A stretch of 54,811 nucleotides of DNA from an uncultured Caulobacterales bacterium (GCA_964412525.1 CAYPOX010000003.1:1-54811); one strand, 5' to 3'; numbered from the stretch's first letter, positions 1-9,772 are shown. Translations and numbers: made by a program. The notes: generated from the letters alone by a model not told the origin.

Positions 1-1284
1 GTCGCGGCTCGAGGTCGACGGCGGACGCATCCAGGGGGCGGCCACGCTGACGCCATCGACCTGGCCGAAGATCGCGAACGTTTCCAACGCCTCTTGGATC
101 GTTTGGGCCTCAAACAACCCCGGAACGCGATCGCGCGCTCGCGCGACGAGGCGATCACAGGCGCGGCCATCGTCGGTTATCCCGTGCTGTTGCGTCCATC
201 TTACGTTCTTGGCGGGCGCGCCATGCGGGTTGTGCATGACGACGCGGAGTTGGCGGAATATGTCGATCAAGCGGTCGTCGTAAGCGGTTCGAATCCGGTT
301 CTGATCGACGCATTTCTCCGGGACGCGGTCGAGGTGGATGTGGACGCCGTGAGCGACGGGGAGACCGTGGTGATCGCCGGCGTGCTCGAACACATTGAGG
401 AAGCGGGCGTGCATTCGGGCGATTCGGCGTGCTCCATGCCGCCTTATACGCTCAGCGACTCCGTCGTTGTGGAATTGAGAGCCCAAACCGCCCAATTGGC
501 CAAGGCGCTTGGCGTCATTGGTCTGATGAATGTGCAGTTCGCGATCCAAGGCGACGACATCTACATTTTGGAGGTGAACCCGCGCGCCAGTCGAACAGTG
601 CCTTTCGTCGCGAAAGCGGCCGGCCGGCCGATCGCGAAGATCGCCATGCACGCCATGCTCGGACGTGCGTTGACGGAGGCGGAGCGTGCGGAGCCGACGC
701 CGCTCGGAACCGCGGTGAAAGAGGTGGTGTTTCCGTTCGCGCGTTTCGCCGGCGTCGATACGGTGCTCGGTCCGGAGATGCGCTCAACCGGCGAAGTCAT
801 GGGGCTGGACGTCGACTTCGATCGTGCGCGGGCGAAGAGCCTAATCGCCGCCGGCGTCAAAGTCCCGACCCAGGGATGCGTGTTCGTCTCGGTGCGCGAT
901 CAAGACAAAGAGACCATTACCGAGATCGCAGAGAAGCTGATTGAGTTGGGCTTTTCGGTCGTGGCCACGGGCGGCACGGCGGAGCATCTTGCGGCGTTGG
1001 GCGTGCCGGTTCGCCGAATCAATAAGGTTTTGGAGGGGCGCCCCCATATCGTCGACGCCTTGAAGAACGGCGAGATCGATTTGATCTTCAACACGACGGA
1101 AGGCGCGCAATCCCTGAAGGATTCGTTCTCCATTCGGCGCACGGCGCTCGCCCAGAAAGTGCCGTGCATCACCACACTTCCAGGCGCGCGCGCGGCGGTT
1201 CGCGCCATCCAGTGCCTGCAAGCCGATGAGCTGCAAGCGAAACCGTTGCAGGCCTATGGGCCGACGTCGAACGGCGCCGCTTGA
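1..1284 (+). CDS. carB: carbamoyl-phosphate synthase large subunit, C-terminal part (5' end lies left of the window)
   Basis: Frame 1 is open from base 1. The translation contains DLAEDRERFQRLLDRLGLKQP, VLLRPSYVLGGRAM and ILEVNPRASRTVPF (second ATP-grasp), plus the MGS-like tail VFVSVRDQDK...VATGGTA. Stop TGA at 1282-1284. Confidence 0.92.
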   Translation, partial: VAARGRRRTHPGGGHADAIDLAEDRERFQRLLDRLGLKQPRNAIARSRDEAITGAAIVGYPVLLRPSYVLGGRAMRVVHDDAELAEYVDQAVVVSGSNPVLIDAFLRDAVEVDVDAVSDGETVVIAGVLEHIEEAGVHSGDSACSMPPYTLSDSVVVELRAQTAQLAKALGVIGLMNVQFAIQGDDIYILEVNPRASRTVPFVAKAAGRPIAKIAMHAMLGRALTEAERAEPTPLGTAVKEVVFPFARFAGVDTVLGPEMRSTGEVMGLDVDFDRARAKSLIAAGVKVPTQGCVFVSVRDQDKETITEIAEKLIELGFSVVATGGTAEHLAALGVPVRRINKVLEGRPHIVDALKNGEIDLIFNTTEGAQSLKDSFSIRRTALAQKVPCITTLPGARAAVRAIQCLQADELQAKPLQAYGPTSNGAA

Positions 1285-1369
1285 AGGCGCCCGTCCGCGC
1301 CATTAGTCTACGTGGCTCGCTTTCGCACGAGGGTCCCTTCATCCCCTTTCTGGAGTCACAATCGCCTTT

Positions 1370-1843
1370 ATGGAACGCATACCCATGACCGCCGCTGGCT
1401 ACGGCATGCTTGAGTCTGAATTGAAACGTTTGAAGAATGTCGAGCGCCCAGCCGTCATCCAGCAAATCGCAGAGGCGCGCAGCCACGGCGATCTGTCCGA
1501 AAACGCCGAATATCACGCGGCGAAGGAGAAGCAGAGCTTTATTGAGGGGCGTCTGCAGGAACTGGAGGACCAAATCGCCCGCGCCGAGGTCATCGACCCG
1601 ACAAAGCTTTCCGGAGAGTCGGTGAAGTTCGGCGCGACGGTGACCTTGGTGGACGAAGACACCGAAGAAGAGGTCAAATATCAGATCGTGGGCGACGTGG
1701 AGGCGGACGTGAAACTCGGCCGTATCTCCATCTCCTCGCCGATCGCTCGCGCGCTGATCGGCAAAGCCGTCGGCGATTCGGTGGAGGTGGCGACGCCGGG
1801 CGGCGGTCGCTCCTATGAAATCTTGATGGTCGAGTATCGCTGA
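1370..1843 (+). CDS. greA: transcription elongation factor GreA
   Basis: 157 aa. Contains [49 protein letters not shown], the typical GreA coiled-coil, plus the C-terminal FKBP-like domain. Confidence 0.95.
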   Translation: MERIPMTAAGYGMLESELKRLKNVERPAVIQQIAEARSHGDLSENAEYHAAKEKQSFIEGRLQELEDQIARAEVIDPTKLSGESVKFGATVTLVDEDTEEEVKYQIVGDVEADVKLGRISISSPIARALIGKAVGDSVEVATPGGGRSYEILMVEYR

Positions 1844-1847
1844 CCCC

Positions 1848-2849
1848 CTGCCCGGCCCGGCCTCCATTTGGACCGTCACCGACGGTCGCGCCGGGATTGA
1901 AAACCAGGCTCTGGGTCTGGCCGAGGCGATACGCGCGGAGCGACCGACAGCGACCATCGCGACCAAACGAATCGGTTTGACCTCCCCTTGGCGCGCCGCG
2001 CCCGCGCCGGTCGTGTTGGCGGCGGGAGATCCCTTCAAGCGGCTTGCACCGGGATCGGACACGCTCGCCGCGCCATGGCCGGACATTTGGATCGGGTGCG
2101 GCCGCGCCAGCGTGCCCTTGTCCGCGTCCGCGCACGCTCGCGGCGACAGTCCAGGCATGGTCGTCCAACTGCAGAATCCGCGCATCTCCGCCAAGCATTT
2201 CGATTTGGTGATCGCACCGGATCACGACCGACTGTCCGGACGAAACATCGTGTCGATTCTTGGGGCGACCCACCGTGTCCGCCGTGCGGATGCGCTCGCC
2301 GACGCGGAGACGCTGGCCCCGTTCATCGCGCATCTTCCCCGCCCGCATATCGCGGTGCTGATCGGCGGCGCCACCAAGCGCGCCAAGCTCGACGCGCCGA
2401 CGGTTTTCCAATGGATCGACGCCCTTCACGCCCTGACGGAGACGGGCGCCGGCTTGATGATCACCACATCCCGGCGGACAGGCGCGATGGCCGAGTCACG
2501 GCTGCGCACCGCGCTTGAAGGTCGACCGGTCTTGTTTTGGGACGGGCGCCCGATCGGGTCGTTGGAGAATCCCTATCGGGCCTTTCTTGGCGCGGCGGAT
2601 CATATTCTCGTGACGTCGGAATCGGTGAACATGGCGACCGAAGCCGCCGCCATGGGCAAACCGGTTCATTTTCTCGAGGGCGCAGATCCCTCTCCAAAGT
2701 TGCAACGCTTTCGCGAGGCCTTGATCGAGCGGGGCATGGCGCGCCCGCTCGACCTACCTTTGCAAAGCTGGAAACCCGCCCCGATGGATGAGACCCGGCG
2801 CGCGGCGCACGCGGTCTTGCAAGCGTGGGACGCTCGCGGGCACACTTGA
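1848..2849 (+). CDS. ELM1/DUF1022-family protein (mitochondrial fission ELM1-like); start codon unresolved
   Basis: The conserved family N-terminus IWTVTDGRAGIENQALGLAEAI is encoded at 1866-1931, in the same frame as ORF 1977..2849. That frame is closed by TGA at 1824. Between 1827 and 1866 it contains no ATG, GTG or TTG, only CTG at 1848 and ATT at 1866. Confidence 0.7.
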   Translation: MPGPASIWTVTDGRAGIENQALGLAEAIRAERPTATIATKRIGLTSPWRAAPAPVVLAAGDPFKRLAPGSDTLAAPWPDIWIGCGRASVPLSASAHARGDSPGMVVQLQNPRISAKHFDLVIAPDHDRLSGRNIVSILGATHRVRRADALADAETLAPFIAHLPRPHIAVLIGGATKRAKLDAPTVFQWIDALHALTETGAGLMITTSRRTGAMAESRLRTALEGRPVLFWDGRPIGSLENPYRAFLGAADHILVTSESVNMATEAAAMGKPVHFLEGADPSPKLQRFREALIERGMARPLDLPLQSWKPAPMDETRRAAHAVLQAWDARGHT

Positions 2850-2927
2850 ACCTCCGGCCTCAAACCCCATTTCCGCGGCCGAGACCGCGCCGGACGCCTC
2901 GGCGCGCATAGAGAAAGCGAGGCAGTC

Positions 2928-3896
2928 ATGAGCGACGTACGACGCGCACCGGTGATCATCGTCGGCGGAGGCCCCGCGGGCTACACCGCCGCCATCTATG
3001 CGGCGCGCGCCATGCTGCAGCCGATCGTCATTGAGGGCATGCAGCCGGGCGGACAACTGACGATCACCACCGATGTCGAGAACTATCCCGGCTTCGCAGA
3101 TGTCATCCAAGGCCCTTGGCTCATGGAGCAAATGAAGGCGCAGGCGGCTCATGTCGGATCCGAAATGGTTTCGGATCATATTGTCAACGCCGACCTCTCC
3201 CACCGGCCCTTTCGGCTTGAAGGCGATTCCGGCGCGATTTACGAAGCCGATACGCTGATCATCGCAACAGGCGCCCAAGCCAAATGGCTTGGCCTGCCGT
3301 CGGAAGAGCGCTATCGCGGCTTCGGCGTTTCGGCCTGCGCCACCTGCGATGGATTTTTCTATCGCGGCAAGCGCGTCATCGTGGTGGGCGGCGGCAACAC
3401 CGCCGTGGAAGAAGCGCTGTTCCTGACGAATTTCGCCGAGAAGGTGACTCTCGTACACCGGAGGGACAGCCTGCGGGCGGAGAAGATCCTTCAACAACGC
3501 CTCCTCAATCACCCCAAGGTCGAGGTCATTTGGAATGCTGTGGTCGAGGAAGTGCTGGGCGGCGGGGAACCCGCCGCGGTCACAGGCGCACGTCTCAAAG
3601 ACACGAAAGACGGTCGAAGCTGGGACGTCGACGCGGACGGCGTGTTCATCGCGATCGGCCACGCTCCGGCCACCTCGCTTTTTTCCGAACAGTTGGAGAC
3701 CAAGCAAGGCGGGTACATCATCACCGAACCTGACTCGACGGCGACGAGCACGCCGGGCGTGTTCGCGGCGGGCGACGTCACCGACGACATATACCGCCAA
3801 GCGGTGACGGCGGCGGGCATGGGCTGCATGGCGGCGCTCGAAGCCGAAAAGTTCCTCGCCGAGGCCGCCATTGAGCCGGCGCAGGCCGCCGAGTAA
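2928..3896 (+). CDS. trxB: thioredoxin-disulfide reductase
   Basis: 322 aa. Contains VIIVGGGPAGYTAAIYAARA, the redox-active CATCDG motif, and the second Rossmann motif VIVVGGGNTAVEEALFLT. Confidence 0.95.
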   Translation: MSDVRRAPVIIVGGGPAGYTAAIYAARAMLQPIVIEGMQPGGQLTITTDVENYPGFADVIQGPWLMEQMKAQAAHVGSEMVSDHIVNADLSHRPFRLEGDSGAIYEADTLIIATGAQAKWLGLPSEERYRGFGVSACATCDGFFYRGKRVIVVGGGNTAVEEALFLTNFAEKVTLVHRRDSLRAEKILQQRLLNHPKVEVIWNAVVEEVLGGGEPAAVTGARLKDTKDGRSWDVDADGVFIAIGHAPATSLFSEQLETKQGGYIITEPDSTATSTPGVFAAGDVTDDIYRQAVTAAGMGCMAALEAEKFLAEAAIEPAQAAE

Positions 3897-3914
3897 CGCA
3901 CGTCAGGCGACGAC

Positions 3915-4808
3915 ATGGATTGGGAAAAGCTCCGGGCGTTCGCCGCGTCCGCGGAGTCGGGCAGCCTCACCGCTGCGGCGGAGCGCTTGGGCCTCTCCCA
4001 ATCGGCGCTGAGCCGGAAGGTCGCCGCGCTTGAACGGGATCTCTCCACGCCGCTTTTCCATCGGCATGCGCGCGGTCTTGTGCCGACGGGCCCGGGGCAG
4101 CTTCTGCTCGACGTGGTGAAGGATGTCGCGCTGCGTCTCGATCACGCGGAACGGCGGATTCGGGACAGCGGCGCCCGTCCCGTGGGCGATTTGACCGTCA
4201 CGGCGCCCGTCGCGCTGGGCGCCATGTGGCTGACGCCTCGCCTCCAGCCCTTCCTCAACGCGAACCCGGAACTGGACCTGCGGCTCGTGCTCGACGATCG
4301 AGAATTGGACCTTGGCATGTTGGAGGCGGATGTGGCGATCCGCCCCTGGACCCCGACCCAACCGGATCTGATTCGCCGCCGGCTTTTCACCATGACGACC
4401 CATCTCTATGCGGCCGAGGGCTTTTTCGACGGCGAGCCGCCGACAAGCGTCGACGAAATCGATCCTCGACATGTGCTTGCGCTCGGACGCGAAGCTCCGT
4501 CTTGGATGCGCCGGGCGGATTGGCTTGGCGAGGATCGGCGTCACCATGGGCGTCCGGCCCTCGAATGCACGAGTTATGTTGGGCTCGCCCAAGCGGCGCA
4601 GGCCGGCTTAGGCGTGGCGAGTTTGCCGGACTATCTGGCGGCGGCGGCGCCTGGCCTCCGGCGCGTGCTGCCCGATCGCGACGGCCCGTCCTTTGACGTG
4701 TTCATGGTCTACGCGGCGGAACTCAAACGATCCAAACGCCTTTTGGTCCTTGGAGAGTTTCTTTCCGAGGAAGCGCGTCGTTGGAGCGAATGCGCAGGTT
4801 CGCAATGA
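3915..4808 (+). CDS. LysR-family transcriptional regulator
   Basis: N-terminal wHTH (LRAFAASAESGSLTAAAERLGLSQSALSRKVAALERDL) followed by a LysR substrate-binding domain. 297 aa. Confidence 0.9.
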   Translation: MDWEKLRAFAASAESGSLTAAAERLGLSQSALSRKVAALERDLSTPLFHRHARGLVPTGPGQLLLDVVKDVALRLDHAERRIRDSGARPVGDLTVTAPVALGAMWLTPRLQPFLNANPELDLRLVLDDRELDLGMLEADVAIRPWTPTQPDLIRRRLFTMTTHLYAAEGFFDGEPPTSVDEIDPRHVLALGREAPSWMRRADWLGEDRRHHGRPALECTSYVGLAQAAQAGLGVASLPDYLAAAAPGLRRVLPDRDGPSFDVFMVYAAELKRSKRLLVLGEFLSEEARRWSECAGSQ

Positions 4809-4976
4809 TCCGTCGGCGGAGCCATGCATAAAACGCATGGTCGTTATGGTCTGATCTGGGCGCCGCCAACATTCGCGCAACGATACAACACGAACTGGCC
4901 GGTCGTTTTGACCCCTTTTCACGACCGCGAGGCGCGCCTCGGCCGTCCGTTCCCGGATTGGATGTCCAAAACTTAG

Positions 4977-5004
4977 AGCCGGGCCTCAGGGTCCGGCTTT
5001 TTCT
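4977..5004. terminator. candidate bidirectional rho-independent terminator
   Basis: AGCCGGGCC-TCAG-GGTCCGGCT stem (9 bp including one G.U) followed by TTTTTCTTT on the + strand. It lies directly after the stop of the minus-strand aminotransferase (5005) and downstream of the LysR gene. Confidence 0.5.
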
Positions 5005-6231
5005 TTAAGACGCGGCGGCGCTGAACTCCTGAATGCGTTGGCACGCGGTCTGCAACGCCGCGTCGGATGTGGCGTAAGAGATCCGAAAATGTCCTGGCGC
5101 GCCGAACGCTTCACCTGGCACCGCCGCGACATGGGCCTCGTCCAACAAGGCGGCGCAATAGGCCACGTCGCTGTCGATCAAAGCCCCGCCTTTGGAGCGT
5201 TTTCCAGTGAGCGCCTCACACGACGCGAAAACGTAAAACGCGCCCACCGGTGTCTCGGCTGCGAGCCCGTCAGCCTTGCGAATCTCCTGCACGACGAGAT
5301 CGCGCCGACGCTTATAGGCGGCGCGCCAATCGTCCAGAAAATCATGCGCGCCGTTCAATGCGGCGACGGTCGCCCATTGCGCGATCGAGCAGGGATTCGA
5401 CGTGGTTTGCCCCATTAACTTCGCCGCCGCTCGCGCGATCGTCTCGGGCGCGCCGCAATATCCGATACGCCACCCAGTCATGGCGTAGGCCTTGGAGGCG
5501 CCGTTCATGGTGACGATCCGGTCTTTCAAATCGGGCGCGACCGCCGCCATGGTTTCGAAGGCGAAGCCGTCATAGACCAAATGCTCGTAGATATCGTCGG
5601 AAAGGACGAGGATGTCCGGGCGCGTGCGCAGCCACGCGGCCAAAGCGAGCAACTCGTCACGGGTGTAGCCCGCCCCGGAAGGATTGGAGGGGGAGTTCAG
5701 GATGAGCCAGCGCGTGCGGGCCGTCGACGCCGCCTCCAGCTGTTCCGCAAGGGCCTTGAAGCCGTCGTCGGCGCGCGTCTCCACAATGACCGGAACGCCG
5801 TCCGCCAATTGGACCATGGCCGGATAGGACACCCAATAGGGCGTGGGTATGAGCACTTCGTCGCCCGGATTCACAGTCGCGGTCAGCACGTTGTAGAGCA
5901 CCGCTTTGCCGCCGGGACACGCGATGATCTCCGCCGGTTCGTATTCGACGCCATTGTCTCGGCGGAATTTGGCTTGGATCGCCGCTTTCAGTTCCGGCAC
6001 GCCGTCCACGGGCGTGTATTTCGTTTCTCCGCGCCGGATCGCCTCGATCGCCGCCTCTTTGATGTGGTCCGGCGTGTCGAAATCCGGCTCGCCGGCGCTC
6101 AAACTGACGACCGCGACGCCTTGCGCTTTCAATTCGCGCGCTCTTTGCGTGATCGCCATGGTCGCAGAGGGTGCGACCCGGCGAAGGCGTTCCGCCACCC
6201 GCTCAACCACCGACGCCGCCCCCCGCGACAA
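5005..6231 (-). CDS. pyridoxal-phosphate-dependent aminotransferase (aspartate aminotransferase class I)
   Basis: Contains PSATMAITQRARELKAQGVAVVSLSAGEPDFDTP, NSPSNPSGAGY and the SKAYAMTGWRIGY Lys-PLP motif. The start is uncertain: TTG at 6231, or in-frame GTG at 6210 or 6198. Confidence 0.9.
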   Translation of the reverse strand: MSRGAASVVERVAERLRRVAPSATMAITQRARELKAQGVAVVSLSAGEPDFDTPDHIKEAAIEAIRRGETKYTPVDGVPELKAAIQAKFRRDNGVEYEPAEIIACPGGKAVLYNVLTATVNPGDEVLIPTPYWVSYPAMVQLADGVPVIVETRADDGFKALAEQLEAASTARTRWLILNSPSNPSGAGYTRDELLALAAWLRTRPDILVLSDDIYEHLVYDGFAFETMAAVAPDLKDRIVTMNGASKAYAMTGWRIGYCGAPETIARAAAKLMGQTTSNPCSIAQWATVAALNGAHDFLDDWRAAYKRRRDLVVQEIRKADGLAAETPVGAFYVFASCEALTGKRSKGGALIDSDVAYCAALLDEAHVAAVPGEAFGAPGHFRISYATSDAALQTACQRIQEFSAAAS

Positions 6232-6879
6232 TCACCGCGCGCCCTGGCTGCTTGGATTGGTCACCGTCAAGGATTCGACGCCGGGCGCACGCGGCGGATT
6301 CCGAATCGCCCGCGCCAAGCGCAACTCGTTGCGCAGAACATAGGGCGCGGTCGCCACGTCAAGAAAGCGAACCTCCTTGCGCCGAATCATCGTGTCGCCA
6401 TTGATGGTGTACAGGATGCGAATGTCCGCGGGCCGATCGGCCTCGCGCGCGGTGGTGGTTAAGGTCGCATCAACGCGTCCGCCGTTTCGGCTCACGGTGA
6501 TGCGCTCCACATTGTAGCGAAACGCCTCGACGGCGCCTTCGCGCGCATAGGTTTCCGTCACGACCTCGTCCGACGCCGTCACGATCGTCGCCGCGAAAAT
6601 GTACAAGGTGGGATCAAGATAGGTCGTCTCCATCACCGCATAGGAGCCGTCGGCGGGGGTTCGGCCCGTGATCGCCACCGGCACCTGCACGGTTCGGCGC
6701 GGCGCGCTGGTCTCCACATAAGTGATCACGCCGCGCCATTCCCCAGCCAGTTGCGCCAGGAAAATCTCCTTCGGGCCGGGAACGAACGCATCCGGGTCCT
6801 CCGGCTCCGCCGTTTGCGCGCCGGCTGCGGACACGACCAAAAAAGCCGCCCCTAAGATGCCACCGATGGTTTTCAGCAT
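6232..6879 (-). CDS. exported hypothetical protein
   Basis: ATG at 6879 is preceded by a GGAGGA Shine-Dalgarno. Signal peptide MLKTIGGILGAAFLVVSAAGAQT. I recognise no family motif. The longer ORF-track start (7050) would overlap the neighbouring gene. Confidence 0.6.
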   Translation of the reverse strand: MLKTIGGILGAAFLVVSAAGAQTAEPEDPDAFVPGPKEIFLAQLAGEWRGVITYVETSAPRRTVQVPVAITGRTPADGSYAVMETTYLDPTLYIFAATIVTASDEVVTETYAREGAVEAFRYNVERITVSRNGGRVDATLTTTAREADRPADIRILYTINGDTMIRRKEVRFLDVATAPYVLRNELRLARAIRNPPRAPGVESLTVTNPSSQGAR

Positions 6880-6943
6880 GCCGTCCTCCCGCCGTCGCGC
6901 GTGCACATCATGCGCAAACTCGACGCCGCGCGCCAGACGCGCG

Positions 6944-7480
6944 TTAGGATTCAAGCAACTCCTTGATGTTGGCGAGGCTCTGTTCCGCATCGTCCGAAGC
7001 CCAGCCCTTCGATGCGAGCCCGAGATAACGCGCCACGAGATCCCAGCCATATTGCTCGGAGTAGCGCCATGTCAGGCGCGAGCCCGAACCCGAGGGCGCA
7101 ATCAGAAAGCGGTACTCGGGGTCTTGTGCGCCCGCCACTTGCGCGGCGATGACCACACGATCCGGCGGATCCACGTCGATGATCTCAAGGCGCCCGGATC
7201 GCAGGCGCGGATTGTTCGATTCCCATTCCAGCGAAGCGCCGCGCCCTTCAAATGCGCCGGCGAGGGTGAAGCCGGGCGGCGGCGACACGTTCGACCAAGG
7301 GGACCATTGCTTGAACGTTTCAAAGTCGTCGAGCGCGTCGTAAACGCGCTCCGGCGGCGCGTCGATGACGATGTCGCGCTCGACCACGAACTCTGACGTC
7401 ATGAATTGCCCGACGCCGACCAAGAGGATCGCGACCGCCGTCAAAAACAACGTGAACCCACGCCAGATTTTTCTTATCAT
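6944..7480 (-). CDS. SRPBCC-family (polyketide cyclase/START-like) protein with N-terminal TM helix
   Basis: Starts MIRKIWRGFTLFLTAVAILLVGV (TM helix). It continues with ERDIVIDAPPERVYDALDDFETFKQWSPW, typical of SRPBCC/AHSA1-like proteins. Confidence 0.7.
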   Translation of the reverse strand: MIRKIWRGFTLFLTAVAILLVGVGQFMTSEFVVERDIVIDAPPERVYDALDDFETFKQWSPWSNVSPPPGFTLAGAFEGRGASLEWESNNPRLRSGRLEIIDVDPPDRVVIAAQVAGAQDPEYRFLIAPSGSGSRLTWRYSEQYGWDLVARYLGLASKGWASDDAEQSLANIKELLES

Positions 7481-7650
7481 CAGTCGTTCCCCGTCCCGCA
7501 AAGGTTGCGTCTCGCCTCTATGCGCGACGCCCGATTGCATGCGACTTTTGACATATGGTGTTGCGTCGCCCTTCGGCGCGCGTCAACCCTCGCCGATGCA
7601 GGATGGGGTGTGTGAAAGGCCGCATAATCCCTTCGGCCCCGAGGTGTTCG

Positions 7651-8526
7651 ATGTCCCCACGTTTGGAGCGATGGCGTGCGGCGGCGGAGTCGTTCGATCA
7701 CGGCGGACGGCGCTATGCGTATTGGAGCGCAGGCGACCCCGACCGGCCAACCCTTTTTCTGTTTCACGGATTCCCGACCGCCTCGTTTGATTGGAAAAGG
7801 ATCTGGCCCTTCCTGTCTGCGCTGTTCTCGCTCCTGGCGTTCGATTTTCTTGGCTTCGGCTTCTCCGAGAAGCCACGGAAGACCGGTTTCACCATCGCCA
7901 TGCAAGCCGACGCCGCCCAAGCGTTGCTACGACGGATGAGCCGATCGACCTTTCACATCATCGCCCATGATTATGGTGTGACCGTCGCGCAAGAATTGAT
8001 GGCGCGGGACGGCGAGCGCCTTGATCCGCAAATCCGATCCGTTTGTTTCCTGAATGGCGGCATCTTTCCTGAGGCGCACAAAGCGCGACCGCTTCAGAAG
8101 CTCCTGGCGAGCCCCATTGGGCCGTTTCTGACCAAACGCATGACGCAAGAGCGTTTCAGCCAAGAATTCGCGGCGATCTTTGGCGCGGACACCCAACCTG
8201 AGCCGGAGGAACTGCAGGATTTTTGGAGTTTGATCGCCCATGACGACGGCTTCGCGCTCATCCCCAAGCTGCTCCACTACATGCGCGAGAGGCGGACGCA
8301 TCGCGACCGATGGGTGACGCCGCTCATGCGCGTCCATCCTCCGACCCGGCTGATCAACGGCGTGTCGGATCCAATCTCCGGCGAGCACATGGCGGACATG
8401 TTTGAATGGACCGTTCCCCGCGCCGATGTCGTGCGCCTGTCATGCGGCCACTATCCCCAATGGGAAGCGCCCAGGTCGACGCTGCAAGCGATCATGCAGT
8501 TTCACGATCGGATCAGTTCATCGTGA
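7651..8526 (+). CDS. alpha/beta-fold hydrolase
   Basis: ATG at 7651 follows a GAGGTG Shine-Dalgarno. Contains PTLFLFHGFPTASFDW, the nucleophile-elbow-like IIAHDYGV, and a C-terminal CGHYPQWE (His of the triad). Confidence 0.85.
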   Translation: MSPRLERWRAAAESFDHGGRRYAYWSAGDPDRPTLFLFHGFPTASFDWKRIWPFLSALFSLLAFDFLGFGFSEKPRKTGFTIAMQADAAQALLRRMSRSTFHIIAHDYGVTVAQELMARDGERLDPQIRSVCFLNGGIFPEAHKARPLQKLLASPIGPFLTKRMTQERFSQEFAAIFGADTQPEPEELQDFWSLIAHDDGFALIPKLLHYMRERRTHRDRWVTPLMRVHPPTRLINGVSDPISGEHMADMFEWTVPRADVVRLSCGHYPQWEAPRSTLQAIMQFHDRISSS

Positions 8527-8540
8527 TGGATTCGGGAGGC

Positions 8541-9071
8541 TCAACCGCCCAACGCGCTGGAGGCCGCCATGGCGGAACCGAGCGCCGAGGCGTCATCCGC
8601 GCGATAAAGCTCGTCGCGCGTATCCCGGTCGAATACCGCGATCCGCGTGATGTCAGCGCCGCCGGCAAGCGCGTTGGCCGGCAGGGAGTCGAGCCGCGCT
8701 GGCTGCACGTCGGTCGGAACGACGCCCAATTCGACCACGACGGTCGGATCAGCATCGCCCGCAGCCTTTCTTTGCTGTTGGTAAGCCCAGCCGGCTCTCG
8801 GCTCCATCGGAAGCGACACAAGATCGGGATCGTTGAGATCCAACACATAGAGTCGACCGCGGAAATCCTTCGCCAAGACGCCCTCACCGCCTTCTGGAAC
8901 CACAAGCCGAAACGCTCCGGCGACGGGATCATAGGAACCGAGCCGGGCGAAGAAACGCACCGTCAGTTCGCTGGCGCCGCCTTCCGCGGGTTGCGCCTTC
9001 GCCACGCCGGCGGACATAACGAAAGCGGCGATGCAGAACAACGCACCGCCCAATGCACCTCGCTTCGACAC
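8541..9071 (-). CDS. exported hypothetical protein
   Basis: GTG at 9071 lies 6 nt after AAGGAAG. Signal peptide SKRGALGGALFCIAAFVMSAGVAKA/QP. No recognisable family. Confidence 0.55.
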   Translation of the reverse strand: MSKRGALGGALFCIAAFVMSAGVAKAQPAEGGASELTVRFFARLGSYDPVAGAFRLVVPEGGEGVLAKDFRGRLYVLDLNDPDLVSLPMEPRAGWAYQQQRKAAGDADPTVVVELGVVPTDVQPARLDSLPANALAGGADITRIAVFDRDTRDELYRADDASALGSAMAASSALGG

Positions 9072-9325
9072 GACGGACTTCCTTTCTCTGACACTTATCC
9101 AACCAGAAGTCGTAGGCTGTACCACCTTGGCCTAACAAGCCATTAATCAACGACGACCAGACCCGAAAAAACAATGTTATTCAAATGCGTTCAAACCCGA
9201 CGACGATGGGCCTCGCGCTTGAAATTTGTAAACGAGCGATATTGTGGTCACAACAAAAATCATTTATTAACAAATCGTTGACGCTGTGGTCAATTCGTTC
9301 AATTTTCTGACCGGTCCCCTCGCCC

Positions 9326-9772
9326 ATGTCTGAAATCGTCATTCACGTTCCCAATTGTCAGGCGCGCATTGATGCGGCGCGTCGGAGACTGTCGTTCATC
9401 TATCACAGCAATCTTACCAATATCGAAGAAGTGGAAGTTTTGTTCGCAAAAGTTAGCGAGCACTCTTCAGCAATTGATGGCGGGTTTGATCTAATCTCCG
9501 TTTTTAAGTCAAGCATGCGCTCTGTCACCGAGGGCGAACTTTCCCAGTGCCGCGCAGCCTATTCTGCTATGGTCGCGTCAGGTCTGCGTCAGATCATCCG
9601 AGTCGTGGAGCCTGGTTGCCCCTACGAAATCGAGAGATTGGACGCGTTGGCTGAAGAAGCGGAGATCCCGGTCCGGTATGCGCGCGATCTTGACGAAGCC
9701 CATGGCCTGCTGGACGCGCAACCGATCGCTGGAAAAGCGCAGGAAAGCGCCGCCGCCCAGGCGGCGCGCTGA
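9326..9772 (+). CDS. hypothetical protein (compositionally atypical 5' half)
   Basis: 148-aa ORF with an ATG start. The first ~250 nt are visibly lower in GC than the flanking genes. It is preceded by an AT-rich intergenic region. No motif recognised. Confidence 0.5.
   Translation: MSEIVIHVPNCQARIDAARRRLSFIYHSNLTNIEEVEVLFAKVSEHSSAIDGGFDLISVFKSSMRSVTEGELSQCRAAYSAMVASGLRQIIRVVEPGCPYEIERLDALAEEAEIPVRYARDLDEAHGLLDAQPIAGKAQESAAAQAAR

Noticed and set aside
286-296. GGTTCGAATCC, a tRNA T-loop-like motif.
   Set aside because: It lies inside the carB reading frame. There is no flanking acceptor or anticodon stem complementarity. I saw no tRNA gene anywhere in the window.
1169-2194. Many long ORFs antisense to or overlapping well-supported genes in the six-frame track. 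Examples: 1169..2194-, 2754..3800-, 8406..9146+, 13169..14002-, 14012..15103-, 22052..22966-, 23017..23937-, 43218..44408+, 45017..46003+, 50533..51948+.
   Set aside because: Long stop-free frames of this kind are typical of high-GC DNA. Their translations are Arg/Pro/Gly/Ala-rich with no recognisable motifs. Each lies opposite a gene with clear family signatures.
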